NCBI GenBank assembly: GCA_963674945.2
Contig: CAXXWQ010000003.1
Coordinates: 1,184,001-1,248,000, forward strand
Source of the DNA: an uncultured Desulfosarcina sp.
Lineage (GTDB): Bacteria > Desulfobacterota > Desulfobacteria > Desulfobacterales > Desulfosarcinaceae
Direction: 5' to 3'
DNA: 64,000 bases
The position numbers and the translations under genes were made by a program. Under the pieces are notes generated by a model, which had not been told where the DNA came from, searched no databases, and was given only the letters and a program-made list of their open reading frames with translations. Shown piece by piece: positions 41,899 through 52,865 of the stretch (position 1 is the first letter of the stretch; the number at the start of each line of letters is the position of its first letter).

Positions 41899-42215
41899 TT
41901 ACGATTCACTGCTTTCACCCGCCTTGTATTTTTCAATCATCTTTTTGGTCTGATTGATGCGTTTGGTGATCAGGATCGAACGCGGGCAGCATTTGGTGCA
42001 TTCAAAATGGTTTTCACAATCCCATACCCCCTCGGGTCGATCCAGGACCGGAAGGCGCAGCTCGAAACCAGAATCGCGACTGTCTGCGAGGAAACGGAAT
42101 GCCTGGGATAGAGCTTGGACAGGACTGCTGTGCGGGACCGGCCACTGGCTTCCAGAGCGGCGTAGAGGCCTGCTCCACCGGACCCCACAATCACAGTGTC
42201 AAATTGATGGATCAC
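41899..42215 (-). pseudogene. sdhA 5' end fused to sdhB 3' end
   Basis: HQFDTVIVGSGGAGL...VLSKLYP, then in another frame AFRFLADSRD...GVWDCENHFECTKCCPR. Confidence 0.85.
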
Positions 42216-42738
42216 AGATCGCCTCCTTTTCGTCTTCAAACACTATCGTGTTTCGCTTTTATCAGAAAGATAGCCGGTAACTCCTTTTCTTCGCGCCACA
42301 TTGCGACGATCTCGGCGAAGGCCCGGCGCCTGTTGGCAACGTTATTCAGTAATAGAACGGGGAGTAATTTTACCTAAAGAGTTCATCCCGCCCCTATCTG
42401 TGGCTGCTTTTCGCGAAAGCGTGACGGATGCTGCTAAAGTAGATCGTTGTGGACGCGTATTCGACTTTAATACCATACCCATGGAATTCAGAAATACCTG
42501 CTATCATGTATTCTTCGGATAAAGAGCTGGGATTTAGGTGCAAGTTTTAAAATTGCTCAATTGCATTAAACAAGTTCGGCCCTGAAATTTTTCAACTATG
42601 AGAGTGAAAATACTGGCTCGCGGTAAGCTTGAAATCATTCCCCCAAATGTGGCCGACCGTGATGAATTGGCTTGGTGCCGAGGTACTCGGTTGGGGCATC
42701 AGGCAAAATGCTGTGGATCTTTAATCTGAGGGTCTTCT

Positions 42739-43098
42739 TCAGGCAGGACACCAGAATTCGATACGCGTACCTTCCGGATCAAAAAGATAAAATACGTCAG
42801 CACCCATCACCTGAGAACAAACATCCGTTGGCGCCAATCCATCTAAGGCAAAAAGATTATGCGCTGCCTGGAGATCGTCGATTTGAAATGACAGGGTAAT
42901 ACCATTTCCACCCGCACTTGCTATCGTTGCCCGTGACTGATCTGCAATGCTTAAAAATGCCGTTCGGGACAAGAAAAATTCAACCATCCAATCATTTTGA
43001 AAGGCAATGTCAAGGCCGAGTCGGTCGCGATAAAATGCAACTGTCTCTTTCCAGAGGCTGCAGTATAGAATTGTGTTTGTTCTTTTGATCAACGGCAT
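42739..43098 (-). CDS. VOC/glyoxalase family protein
   Basis: TVAFYRDRLGL...FYLFDPEGTRIE. Confidence 0.85.
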   Translation of the reverse strand: MPLIKRTNTILYCSLWKETVAFYRDRLGLDIAFQNDWMVEFFLSRTAFLSIADQSRATIASAGGNGITLSFQIDDLQAAHNLFALDGLAPTDVCSQVMGADVFYLFDPEGTRIEFWCPA

Positions 43099-43131
43099 GG
43101 CCACATCACTTACTGAAAATGTATGAAAACT

Positions 43132-43161
43132 AAAGGGGTTGCCAGATAAGGCAACCCCTTT
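43132..43161 (-). terminator. intrinsic terminator after hcp
   Basis: AAAGGGGTTGCC-loop-GGCAACCCCTTT. Confidence 0.75.
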
Positions 43162-43179
43162 CTGTTTGTTAACCATCAA

Positions 43180-44808
43180 TTATCCCAAAATCGCTCTTAG
43201 ATCTTCGTCTGCGGTGCCAATCGGCTTGATGTCAAAATTTTTGACCAGTGTATCGAGTACATTGGGTGTCAGAAAAGCGGGCAAGGAGGGTCCCAGACGA
43301 ATACCCTTTATCCCCAAATGAAGCAACGCAAGTAATACACAAACTGCCTTTTGCTCATACCATGAAATAATCAGCGACAAAGGCAGGTCGTTCACGCCGA
43401 CTCCGAATGCATCAGATAGCGCGTTGGCAATTTGAATCGCAGAATAGGCATCATTGCACTGGCCTGCATCCAGAAGCCTGGGGATGCCCCCGATATCCCC
43501 CAATTTTTTGTCGTAGAAACGAAATTTACCGCAAGCCAGGGTGAGTACGATACAATCTTCGGGAACTTTCTCGACGAATTCCGTGTAGTAGTTCCGACCG
43601 GGTTTGGCGCCGTCGCAACCGGCCACCAGGAAGAAGTGGCGGATGTCCTTGTTCTTCACTGCTTCGATCACCTTGTCGGCAACCCCCAGCACCGCATTAC
43701 GGGCAAAGCCCACGGTCACTTCGTCGTTGTCAACATCATCTTCGAATCCTGGTAATGCAAGAGCCCTTTCAATTACCGGCTTGAAATTCTGATCTGCCAT
43801 ATGGGTGACACCGGGCCATCCTACCAGACCACTGGTAAAAATGTTGTCCTTGTAGTCGTTTCTCGGTCGCTGAATGCAGTTGGTGGTCATCAGAATTGCA
43901 CCGGGAAAATTTGGAAATTCTTTTATCTGGTTTTGCCAGGCGGTCCCGTAGTGGCCGTAAAAGTGAGCATACTGTTTGAGTTTCGGATAGCCATGGGTGG
44001 GCAGCATTTCGCCGTGTGTATAGATATTGATGCCTGTTCCTTCGGTTTGTTGAAGCAGTTTTTCCAGATCCTGGAGGTCGTGACCGGAGATCAGAATCGC
44101 TTTTCCCTTTTTATGACCCAGAGGTACTTTGGTCGGGACAGGATGACCATAGGTTTCGGTATTGCCCTTGTCCAGCAGTTCCATGGCTTTGACAGCTGCA
44201 CCACCACATCTCAACGTCATGTCGACCCATTGATCCAGAGACAGGTCGTCTCGCTGTATGGCTGCCAACCCTTCATGGATATAAGCGTAAACGCTGTCGT
44301 CTTCCTGGCCGAGAATCTGCGCGTGATCGCTGTATGCAGAAACCCCTTTGATGCCGAACAGCACAGTGTGTTTGAGCGACAAGATGTCCGGATCGTCGCC
44401 CGGGTAGGATTTGAGGCCGACGGATTCGGCCTGTTTTACCAATCCTTCGACGGTTTCTTCGGGTATGAAGTGCGAGGTTTTTCCCAACGAGGTGATGTCA
44501 CCTCCTGCGTCTTTTACCATAACCTTGAGACGGTCTCGTTTATAAACGGCCTGATTGATTAATTCAACAAAACGGTCAGGATCAAAGTCGACATTGGTCA
44601 GCGTTGAAAATGACGCTTGCACGGTAAACACATTTACATCACCATCTATGACACCATGTTTACGGCCTTCGACAGCCACTTGGGACAAGCCCATGAGCGT
44701 GTAAAGCAATAAATCCTGCAACGCCGCAACATCCGGCTGCTTCCCGCAAACCCCCTGAACGGTGCACCCGGTTCCTTTGGCTGTTTGCTCGCATTGGTAA
44801 CAAAACAT
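43180..44808 (-). CDS. hcp: hybrid cluster protein (hydroxylamine reductase / NO reductase)
   Basis: MFCYQCEQT..GC...GVCGK, SGHDL, THGEMLP, GCDG, LACG, GQCNDAY, WYEQKA. Confidence 0.97.
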   Translation of the reverse strand: MFCYQCEQTAKGTGCTVQGVCGKQPDVAALQDLLLYTLMGLSQVAVEGRKHGVIDGDVNVFTVQASFSTLTNVDFDPDRFVELINQAVYKRDRLKVMVKDAGGDITSLGKTSHFIPEETVEGLVKQAESVGLKSYPGDDPDILSLKHTVLFGIKGVSAYSDHAQILGQEDDSVYAYIHEGLAAIQRDDLSLDQWVDMTLRCGGAAVKAMELLDKGNTETYGHPVPTKVPLGHKKGKAILISGHDLQDLEKLLQQTEGTGINIYTHGEMLPTHGYPKLKQYAHFYGHYGTAWQNQIKEFPNFPGAILMTTNCIQRPRNDYKDNIFTSGLVGWPGVTHMADQNFKPVIERALALPGFEDDVDNDEVTVGFARNAVLGVADKVIEAVKNKDIRHFFLVAGCDGAKPGRNYYTEFVEKVPEDCIVLTLACGKFRFYDKKLGDIGGIPRLLDAGQCNDAYSAIQIANALSDAFGVGVNDLPLSLIISWYEQKAVCVLLALLHLGIKGIRLGPSLPAFLTPNVLDTLVKNFDIKPIGTADEDLRAILG

Positions 44809-44891
44809 AGGCACCTCCCTATTGGCTTGGGTGTTAAAAACCTAATTTAATGTAGATCAACATGACAGCCTGATCATAAAAGGAAAAAAAT

Positions 44892-45227
44892 CTATTCGCT
44901 TCGGATCATGACCAACAGCATCTTGAATCGTTTTTCGGCGTGAAGTGCATGAGATATGTTTGCAGGCATGATCAGCATTTCACCGGTCTTTACGGTCTGT
45001 GACTGACCGCCAATTGTGATTTCTGCTGTTCCGTCTATAATGTGGACGACTGCATCGAAAGGCGCAGTGTGCTCGCTGAGCCCCTGACCTTCATCAAAGG
45101 CAAACAGTGTGATGGTGCCGATTTCTTTTTTGATTAACGTTTTACTTACCACAGAACCTGCTGCGTATTCAATGTGGTTTTCCAGGTTAAAAGCATTGCC
45201 TTTTGGGGCAGTGGATTCTTGGTTCAT
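44892..45227 (-). CDS. cupin domain protein (hcp-associated)
   Basis: GSVVSKTL..TLFAFDEGQGLSEHTAPFDA..MPAN..HAL. Confidence 0.9.
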   Translation of the reverse strand: MNQESTAPKGNAFNLENHIEYAAGSVVSKTLIKKEIGTITLFAFDEGQGLSEHTAPFDAVVHIIDGTAEITIGGQSQTVKTGEMLIMPANISHALHAEKRFKMLLVMIRSE

Positions 45228-45329
45228 ATGATCCTCCTTTGTAACGATGCTGGAAATGCCCATTTGACTGGTTCCTCCGACACGTCAACCAGATTTGTCG
45301 ATTTGTTTATGTTCTATCGAGTCCATGTT

Positions 45330-45700
45330 TCATCTCAGCCATACGATTTCCCGGTTCATGCCCGGTTCCATCTCGTAACTCACCTTGAATGGCCTTTGCG
45401 CCGATTCGGTTTGATAGGTGAGAAATGAGAAATCTGCCAATTGCCTTACGATCTCGTTTCGATGTCACTTGGCCGAAATGTGTGTTTCCCATTATTTGCC
45501 GTAATGACAGTGTTCGCCGTAGTAAATTTCCGAACCCGCCGACGCGATGATCACAGCCGTAGCGAGTGCATTGAATCGTCGCAGTTTCTCTCGGGTCGAT
45601 TCGATATCACGGCCCGTCGCCACACCAAACAAGACGACATCCCGATATTGCTCCAGCAAACGGAGCAATGCATCCAATCCATCATTCATCTTTCGGTGCA
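45330..45700 (-). pseudogene. sucrose-phosphate synthase C-terminal HAD (SPP-like) domain remnant
   Basis: FGVATGRDIES...IIASAGSEIYYG..*WETHISAK*...QRPFKVSY with two in-frame stops. Confidence 0.7.
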
Positions 45701-46102
45701 ATGATGGGCAGTCCACATGCGGCAGCCTCGATGATTGTTTTCCAGATTGTATTTCCCATCCATAGGTATGGGAAATAGGGTGGTTCTCCTAATTGTAGAG
45801 GAAAAAACCCGTATTTTGCCTGTTTCCATTATTGGTATGGTCCATCATGGGACAGGCATATTTGATATTATCCCGAAAATGTCTGAAAACCGATAAATGC
45901 CGTTTCCTATTCGTATGCACGCCGACGGGATAGCAATCGCCTTTGCCCCCTATACCTCAAACACAAAGATTCCAATATTGCGTGTTGAATGAAAGGAAGA
46001 ATCTGCACGTCTACTTGTTGATCTGGGATTTTTCCATGATCTACACCTTTGAACGAGAATTTTTCCCCCGCTACAAATTGAAATGCCGATCGCCATGATC
46101 GG

Positions 46103-47335
46103 TTGCGCGTATACTACCCCCGGCTGACTGTGGACCCGCATCAGGCACTCATGATTCACGCCAAATTAATGGTGATTGACGATGATTTCTTGCGTGTGGG
46201 ATCTTCCAACTTGAGCAACCGGTCCATGGGACTCGATTCGGAGTGTGATCTTGCCATCGCCGACGACGAAGACGACGAAGACCTAAGGAGAGCCATCGTC
46301 CGCCTCCGCAATCAATTGCTCGCCGAGCACCTGGATACGGATGTGAACCGGGTGACCGATACCATCGAAAAAACGGGTTCAATCATAAGGACCGTCGAGG
46401 CACTCGGTGGCAAGGAGAGGTCACTCGTCCCGTTAGGCGGCGAAGTGCCGCCGGAAGTCGACGAATGGGTTCCCGAGTCCGAACTGCTGGATCCTGAAAA
46501 ACCCGTGGAACCGGATGAACTTTTCGATTATGTGGTGAGCCCGGATGACCAACCCTTTGCCTATCGCCATTTGTTGAAGGTCATTCTCCTCATCATTGGT
46601 GTTCTTCTCCTGGCCGCCCTTTGGCGGTGGACGCCAATGGGTGAGTGGATCGACATTGAAAGCGCCACGGTGGCGGGAGAATGGATTCGCAGCCAGCCCA
46701 TGACTCCCGTGTTGGTCATCGCCGTCTATGTGATCGGCGGTTTTATGGCCTTTCCCGTCACCCTTCAGGAGGTAGCCTTCGACACCAGCGGTCCGCTCAA
46801 CATTCTCGACAATCTGGCCCAATCAACCGGGACTACGGCGATCCCCGGACCGACACTCGTGGAAGAAAAAGGACTGTATGGCAATGCCCTGCTGACCCGG
46901 ATCCTGCCATTGTCCATAGAGCGCATGGACATCAGTGTACCCGGCAGAGAGGCCCGTGGCGCCATAAAGGTGTTGCTGGAGGTGAATGGACAAACAGTCG
47001 AAATCGTAGCCACCCATCTGGGGCTTCGCACAAAAGAACGCCGATACCAGTTTCGAAGACTATTGCCCCTGTTCGAACCCCGTAAAACGGCTGTCAGCAT
47101 TCTTTTGGGGGATTTCAACGAGTGATTGACATGGTCGCGCTCTCTTCAATGGGTGAACCGACGGCTGGGGGAATATCGTTCACCGGCAACGTTTCCCAGT
47201 CACCGTCCGGTATTGGCGTTGGATCGCATATGGGTCGCCCCGTCGCGACGTCTGGACAGAGTTTACCCTCACCGATCCCCGATGGCCGACATCGCTTCCG
47301 ACCACCTGCCCCTGGTTGCAGAGATAAACATCTGA
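46103..47335 (+). pseudogene. chimera: phospholipase D C-terminus/VTT start fused to endonuclease/exonuclease/phosphatase
   Basis: IHAKLMVIDD..GSSN (HKD), TM segment to FPVTL, then QEV..GNALL..THLG..GDFNE*..DRIW..SDHLP. Confidence 0.8.
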
Positions 47336-47369
47336 TGGAGGGTCACTTTTTTCGATCCCCGGCTGGTGA

Positions 47370-47585
47370 TCAACGGAAAAACTGGGTGTACACATCGTAT
47401 TGAACGCGGTTGACCTTGCCCTGGGTTACGGCTCTCTCATCATCAATATCGACTGATTCGGTAAACAGTTTGCATTCCAAGTTCTTTACCGCACCCTGGG
47501 GAGTAATCATCAACGATTGATCCGCCTCCGGTCCCTCGAGTTGAATAAACGTCTGTCCAGTTTTTTTATTTCTGCATATCTCCAT
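47370..47585 (-). CDS. small hypothetical protein
   Basis: 71-aa ORF with upstream AGGA. Confidence 0.5.
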   Translation of the reverse strand: MEICRNKKTGQTFIQLEGPEADQSLMITPQGAVKNLECKLFTESVDIDDERAVTQGKVNRVQYDVYTQFFR

Positions 47586-47699
47586 ACGTAATTCCTATTT
47601 TTGCTTACATTTTTTTGAAAAACCGTTTGGGATGATTTACGCAGTCAATCCAGTTACACGATTGGCCTCGGTTCTAACGATTTTCCATGGTTGAGCACT

Positions 47700-48689
47700 C
47701 TATTTCTTATCATGGGAGGTGTCGTTTGAATGTTGGAAAGTGGCGTTCTCGGGACCGCGAACAGGCCATGCGAAAAAATCACGACCCGATTTATATCCCA
47801 CACCGATGATACCATCTTGTGTGTAGAGGGACCATGCGTACCGTGGCTCATAAACGCTGGTTGTCGATGACCAATACACGTCCTGAACATTGACAAACGG
47901 ATGGCCAAAAGGCAGGGAGGGAGAATGTGCGTGTAGATCAACCAAACTTTCCAGCTCCCTGATGTTGGGTATTCGCCAATCACCATATCCTCCCGGTAAA
48001 CTTTCGTTAAACGCCTGTATAACCGAAAATGCTTCCGACCAGGAAAGCACATGACCGAAAGGATTGGCGTCGATATACCAGATTAAATCGGTACGGGTGT
48101 CCTTGGCATATTTTCCTTCGATGATAAAACGCTCCGATGACAGTAAGTGAGATATTTTGCTGTCATTATCATCACGATTTCTCCCCGGCGAGACCGGCCA
48201 AAGCATATAAGATCCGTGTTTCATGCCCCGATGGAGGCGGCCACCCCCCAAATGAACATACCAGGCCTGATCGGGAAGACGAGCACATGCATCGCCACTC
48301 CAGTAGTAGCCGTCGAAAATGTTTTCAAACGGATGATCGTCGGCGATCGCCGGATTGACGCATTGATGGCTGAGCAAGGCAAACAGATGGAATCGCGTGG
48401 GAAGTTGCCAATCCCCGCGTCCGTAGGCTCGGCGTTCCCGCATCTCAGAAACGAACCGTTGCGCCTCCAACCACGAAAGGGGAAAGTCTGCCAAATTCGC
48501 ATCTTTCGTCCATGTCGCGCCCGTCAAGTTATCTTGAACGACCCGATCCATCACTCGAAACCGTTTCTTTCGGACATATTGAAAATTCTTTTCCTGCGCC
48601 GCATCCTGTCCGGTTCCCTTGCAGGAAACAAGGCTTCCTGTCTCGGTGTAACAGCTCGTTTGATCGGTTTCCACGAGGTGCTTTTCCAT
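47700..48689 (-). CDS. tandem DUF1566 (Lcl C-terminal) domain protein
   Basis: CKGTGQDA; two repeats of D..TG/DL.W...W..A...DWR/QLP..YWS. Confidence 0.88.
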   Translation of the reverse strand: MEKHLVETDQTSCYTETGSLVSCKGTGQDAAQEKNFQYVRKKRFRVMDRVVQDNLTGATWTKDANLADFPLSWLEAQRFVSEMRERRAYGRGDWQLPTRFHLFALLSHQCVNPAIADDHPFENIFDGYYWSGDACARLPDQAWYVHLGGGRLHRGMKHGSYMLWPVSPGRNRDDNDSKISHLLSSERFIIEGKYAKDTRTDLIWYIDANPFGHVLSWSEAFSVIQAFNESLPGGYGDWRIPNIRELESLVDLHAHSPSLPFGHPFVNVQDVYWSSTTSVYEPRYAWSLYTQDGIIGVGYKSGRDFFAWPVRGPENATFQHSNDTSHDKK

Positions 48690-48770
48690 CGCGTTCGGTA
48701 TCTTTCATCTTTTTGGGTTTGGGACCATTGTCTCCGATCGTTGTGAATGGGCAACGGTATTGAAACGAAG

Positions 48771-48807
48771 GACGGCGTTGCCGATTCCTGCCGACAGCAA
48801 CGCCGTC
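48771..48807. terminator. hairpin, possible terminator
   Basis: GACGGCGTTGC...GCAACGCCGTC. Confidence 0.5.
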
Positions 48808-49399
48808 TTACTGTAAGGGAATGCTTCAGGATGTATTACCGTGTTTTCTCTTTGGTTTGTCTTTCCTTTCCGGAGCAGCCGGAACCCTTTCCGTTCCTCT
48901 TATCATAGGTATAGGCGCGGCCACCGTTGATGGAGAGTTTGTCCATCGTTCGTTGGCGTTCTTGCTTGCCTTCGATTACCCGATCCTTGCCGGACATGTT
49001 CATTTCACCTCCTTTGCAAAATAGGCCGAACCGTTCGTTCAAACCTTTCGGCGCTTTTGGTTTCATTTTAGTCGATGATGGCGCGTCCGGGTATGGGGTG
49101 CCACAAGTAGTTCCGCTCCAGATCCGCCTGATTTCGGACCGCATACCGATGAAAATGATTATACTGATTTCCCGGGTGCCCGAAAGCCCTCCCTTCCATC
49201 AAATCGAATCGGATTACATTTGGCATGAAACCGAAATCAGTTCTCAGCCCTATTTTATTCGATCACAGATTCATCTATTGTTTGGACATGGTCGACGGAC
49301 ATGAGACGGATCAATAATAATTTGGGGTAGACAGCGAAAACGGGCATTTCTGACACCCACCTGCCCCCTACCCCCATAACAGGGAAAGGAGCCAGTACA

Positions 49400-49861
49400 A
49401 TGAAAAATATAGACAAAATACTTTGCCCGATCGACTTTAGTGATCCTTCCCGCGCTGCCCTGGCACATGCCGTGGATTTGGCGGAACATTTTTCAGCCCG
49501 GATCATTCTGTTTCATGCAATTTCGGAAATCGACCATACCCCTTCGCCGTCATATACGCTGACCCCGCAACTCATGGACCAGATGGTGCAAATAAGCCAT
49601 CAGATGAAGGAAAATGCAGAAAAGGCCATGAAAGAGATGGTCGATAATATCGTTCCAGAGGGGATTGACACCCGACAGCAGGTGGCGATCGGCAATCCGG
49701 CGGATCGCATTGTCCAGGCCGCCGAGGATGAGCAGGTGGATTTGATCGTGATGGCCACTCACGGAAGAAGCGGTATCAAGGGGTTGATATTCGGTTCCGT
49801 TGCCGAAAAAGTGGTTCGCAGTGCACAATGTCCGGTGCTCACAATGAAACACCAGTCATGA
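49400..49861 (+). CDS. universal stress protein
   Basis: KILCPIDFS...DLIVMATHGRSG..FGSVAEKVVR. Confidence 0.94.
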   Translation: MKNIDKILCPIDFSDPSRAALAHAVDLAEHFSARIILFHAISEIDHTPSPSYTLTPQLMDQMVQISHQMKENAEKAMKEMVDNIVPEGIDTRQQVAIGNPADRIVQAAEDEQVDLIVMATHGRSGIKGLIFGSVAEKVVRSAQCPVLTMKHQS

Positions 49862-49888
49862 CGTTTTTTGTGTACTGTCCTGAAAGGC

Positions 49889-49920
49889 AAAGGGCGGGCC
49901 GTAGTTACGGCTCGCCCTTT
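49889..49920 (+). terminator. intrinsic terminator after USP gene
   Basis: AAAGGGCGGGCCGTA-GT-TACGGCTCGCCCTTT. Confidence 0.75.
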
Positions 49921-50291
49921 GTCCATTTCCCCTGTCGATTGTTGAACAATGGTTATCGTTGTGCCGCAAAGCATTTGCGCTCGACATAGGCAGAATTCCG
50001 TGCATCCCACACGGTCTCATTTTCGTGAATCAATTTCGGCGGACCATGCCAGGCACCACATGCCAGAACCACTGGATTCAATCGACGTTTCTATTGGCCA
50101 CGGCGTTGACGATTGTTTTACTCTGGTGGTAATATGGTCCGCTGGAATGATTGTGCTGGAAGGGCATCGTGTAACGAACAGCCGAAATAAATACTCATTC
50201 CCGGCTAAATACATCGTTGCACTCATTTTCGGCTTACGTGATTCCTCCTATGCTTCCAAAGGTAGTACATCAGCAAAAAGAGATATAAAAA

Positions 50292-52256
50292 ATGCAACAT
50301 GATTGGAGACCCGAACAAGCACACAAATCGTTAAACCGCATCCTGCCTGATGTAGAGTGGAAATTCGCCGCCCAGCTAACCGGCAATTCGGAAGATTGGC
50401 AGATGTTCAAACTTCGTCTGGACAGTCAGTGGGAGCGTCTCTTTACTTCCTTGCACGCGCTATATGGTTGGCAGTACGACTTTTTTTACACATTGCAACG
50501 CCTGGCTCATATCATGGCGAAATACTGGCTTGAGCGCCCCCGAGAGTTGCGGCAGCTGGACGCGAAGCGACTGGCGGAACCAGACTGGTTCCATTCCGAA
50601 AAGGTCGTTGGAATCGTCCTGTACGTGGACCTGTTCAGCGACAACCTGGCCAAATTGAAGGACCATATTCCTTACTTTCGAAAGCTTGGCCTGAACTACC
50701 TGCACCTCATGCCGTTGTTCGCCGTACCAAAAGGGGAGAACGACGGTGGCTATGCGGTAAGCGACTATCGGGCCATCAACCCGGATATCGGTTCCATGGA
50801 GGAGTTGTCCGATCTTGCCACCCGTCTTCGCAATGAAGGCATCAGCCTGGTGCTGGACTTTGTTCTCAACCATACATCCGACGATCACGCGTGGGCACGG
50901 AAGGCCCGGGAGGGAGACGCAAAGCATCTGCAGTACTATTTGACCTATCCGGACCGGGAGCTTCCGGACCAGTTCCAGAAACAGCTGCGGGACATCTTTC
51001 CGACGGTGCGCCGGGGTAGCTTCACCTGGAACGAAGAGTTGAATCGGTGGGTATGGACGACTTTCAACAGCTGCCAGTGGGATTTGAACTATGCCAACCC
51101 CGAAGTAATGCGGGCCATGGCGAAGGAAATGTTCTTTCTGGCCAATCAGGGCGTGGAAATCTTTCGGCTGGACGCCGTTCCCTTCATTTGGAAGCGGCTG
51201 GGAACCAACTGCGAAAACCTGTCCGAGGCACACACCATCCTCCGTGCATTGAACGCAATGGCCAAGGTCGTGGCACCGTGCGTTCTGTTCAAGTCGGAGG
51301 CCATCGTTCACCCCGACGAGGTGGTCCGGTACATTCACCCGGACGAGTGCCAGCTCTCCTACAACCCCTTGAAAATGGCACTGCTATGGGAGGCGCTGGC
51401 CACCAAGGAGGTGAAGCTTCTCGCGCATTCCATGCGCCATCGAAGCCGCATCCCCGCGGGCTGTTCTTGGGTGAACTATCTTCGCTGCCATGATGACATC
51501 GGCTGGTCTTTTGACGATGCGGATGCGTGGCATGTCGGCATCGACCCGGCAGGACATCGTCGCTTCCTGAACGACTTTTACACCGGCAAGTTCCCGGGAT
51601 CTTTCGCAAGAGGCGTTCCTTTTCAATACAATCCCGATACGGGAGACGTGCGCATTTCCGGAACGCTTTCCTCTCTGGCGGGACTCGAGGATGCGGTGGA
51701 AAAACAGGATGACACACTCATCGAGCTGGCAGTGCGCCGGATCAATATGCTGTGGGCGATCCAGATGAGCATCGGCGGTATTCCACTTTTGTACGCCGGA
51801 GACGAGTTTGGACAGATGAACGACTATACGTACCTCACCGACCCGAGGAAGGTCAACGACAGCAGATGGGTACACCGTGCGAAACGCCGCTGGGAGGCCC
51901 AGGACGACCTTGCCGATCAGGACACTCTGGAGTGGCGTTTTTTCCGGGAAATGGTCAAGCTGTTCCGCCTTCGCAAAAAGATTTTAGCGTTTCGCAATGG
52001 TGGCATGGACGTCGTCGAAACGGACAGTCCGCACCTGTTCGGCTACCTGCGGTCGTTCGACAACCAGCGGATTCTAGTCGTCACAAACTTTTCCGACGAC
52101 ACCCAAACGATGCCGGTGGAACGACTTCGGGCCCGTGACGCCAGCGGCAAGGCGGTCAATCTACTGGGACAAGACGAAATCGTCTCGCTGGATGAAGACC
52201 TTGTGCTGGAGGCATACCGCGCCGTATGGCTCGACCTCCAACCAATGGGAACGTGA
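50292..52256 (+). CDS. amylosucrase-like GH13 enzyme
   Basis: DGGYAVSDY, NHTS, FRLDAVPFIWKRLGTNCENL, FKSEAIVHP, YLRCHDDIGW, RISGT. Confidence 0.92.
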   Translation: MQHDWRPEQAHKSLNRILPDVEWKFAAQLTGNSEDWQMFKLRLDSQWERLFTSLHALYGWQYDFFYTLQRLAHIMAKYWLERPRELRQLDAKRLAEPDWFHSEKVVGIVLYVDLFSDNLAKLKDHIPYFRKLGLNYLHLMPLFAVPKGENDGGYAVSDYRAINPDIGSMEELSDLATRLRNEGISLVLDFVLNHTSDDHAWARKAREGDAKHLQYYLTYPDRELPDQFQKQLRDIFPTVRRGSFTWNEELNRWVWTTFNSCQWDLNYANPEVMRAMAKEMFFLANQGVEIFRLDAVPFIWKRLGTNCENLSEAHTILRALNAMAKVVAPCVLFKSEAIVHPDEVVRYIHPDECQLSYNPLKMALLWEALATKEVKLLAHSMRHRSRIPAGCSWVNYLRCHDDIGWSFDDADAWHVGIDPAGHRRFLNDFYTGKFPGSFARGVPFQYNPDTGDVRISGTLSSLAGLEDAVEKQDDTLIELAVRRINMLWAIQMSIGGIPLLYAGDEFGQMNDYTYLTDPRKVNDSRWVHRAKRRWEAQDDLADQDTLEWRFFREMVKLFRLRKKILAFRNGGMDVVETDSPHLFGYLRSFDNQRILVVTNFSDDTQTMPVERLRARDASGKAVNLLGQDEIVSLDEDLVLEAYRAVWLDLQPMGT

Positions 52257-52404
52257 AGCCCCTGGTAATAGGAACTCATTGGTATCTTCACCAATGTCGC
52301 CGTGATCATTGCAACGGTTACAAGGATGGAACGATAAACTGCAAATCGGCGATATCGCGATTCGCAGTTTATCGGGTTGAGCAAAGCGACGACGATCCGG
52401 CCGT

Positions 52405-52782
52405 CTAACTGTTTTTCCAAAGCCCATGCAAATTGCAATACTCCCTCGCCGTCAGTGAGGTTGCCTTGACGGCGAAAAAGGCTTCGGGCGCGGTGTCGGG
52501 TTTTAAAAATTTCTTGTACACTTCACCATCGGCGATCACTTCGATCCATTGAATGTAATGTTTTTCTTCCATGGGATGGGGAACGTCGCCGACCTTTACG
52601 TTGACCCCACCGTCGACGCGTTCGATCACGGGTACGTGCTTTTCCTTTGCGGCATCCACCGTGTTTTCGGTCATGAGTTTCATGGGGTCGCCGCAACACA
52701 CCAGTTCCCCTTCTCCACCATTGACCACCTCTACGATGTTTCCACATGCTTCACACTTGTATATTTCCAATCTTTCGGCCAA
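52405..52782 (-). CDS. dfx: desulfoferrodoxin (superoxide reductase)
   Basis: [40 protein letters not shown] start after AGGAG. Confidence 0.95.
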   Translation of the reverse strand: MAERLEIYKCEACGNIVEVVNGGEGELVCCGDPMKLMTENTVDAAKEKHVPVIERVDGGVNVKVGDVPHPMEEKHYIQWIEVIADGEVYKKFLKPDTAPEAFFAVKATSLTAREYCNLHGLWKNS

Positions 52783-52865
52783 AACAGACTCCTTTCTCTT
52801 GGTTATGGTAAGGTTCGTTCATTGGAAAAGTGCAATCGGCTTCCTCTTTTTATCGGTGAAGCCGA

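Noticed and set aside
44861..44878. ATGA-N8-TCAT palindrome upstream of hcp as an HcpR site
   Set aside because: Short, and I cannot match the spacing confidently to the HcpR consensus
47123..47125. In-frame TGA in the EEP domain as a second selenocysteine
   Set aside because: It falls at the Trp of GDFNEW rather than a Cys position, within an already chimeric pseudogene; a TGG-to-TGA nonsense change is more likely
48836..49003. Small basic ORF with a good SD (GGAGGTG)
   Set aside because: No recognisable family; may be a degenerate micro-gene but cannot be supported
52253..52400. Possible PfkB fructokinase start (VKPLVIG) after amylosucrase
   Set aside because: Only about 7 codons of resemblance; not supportable
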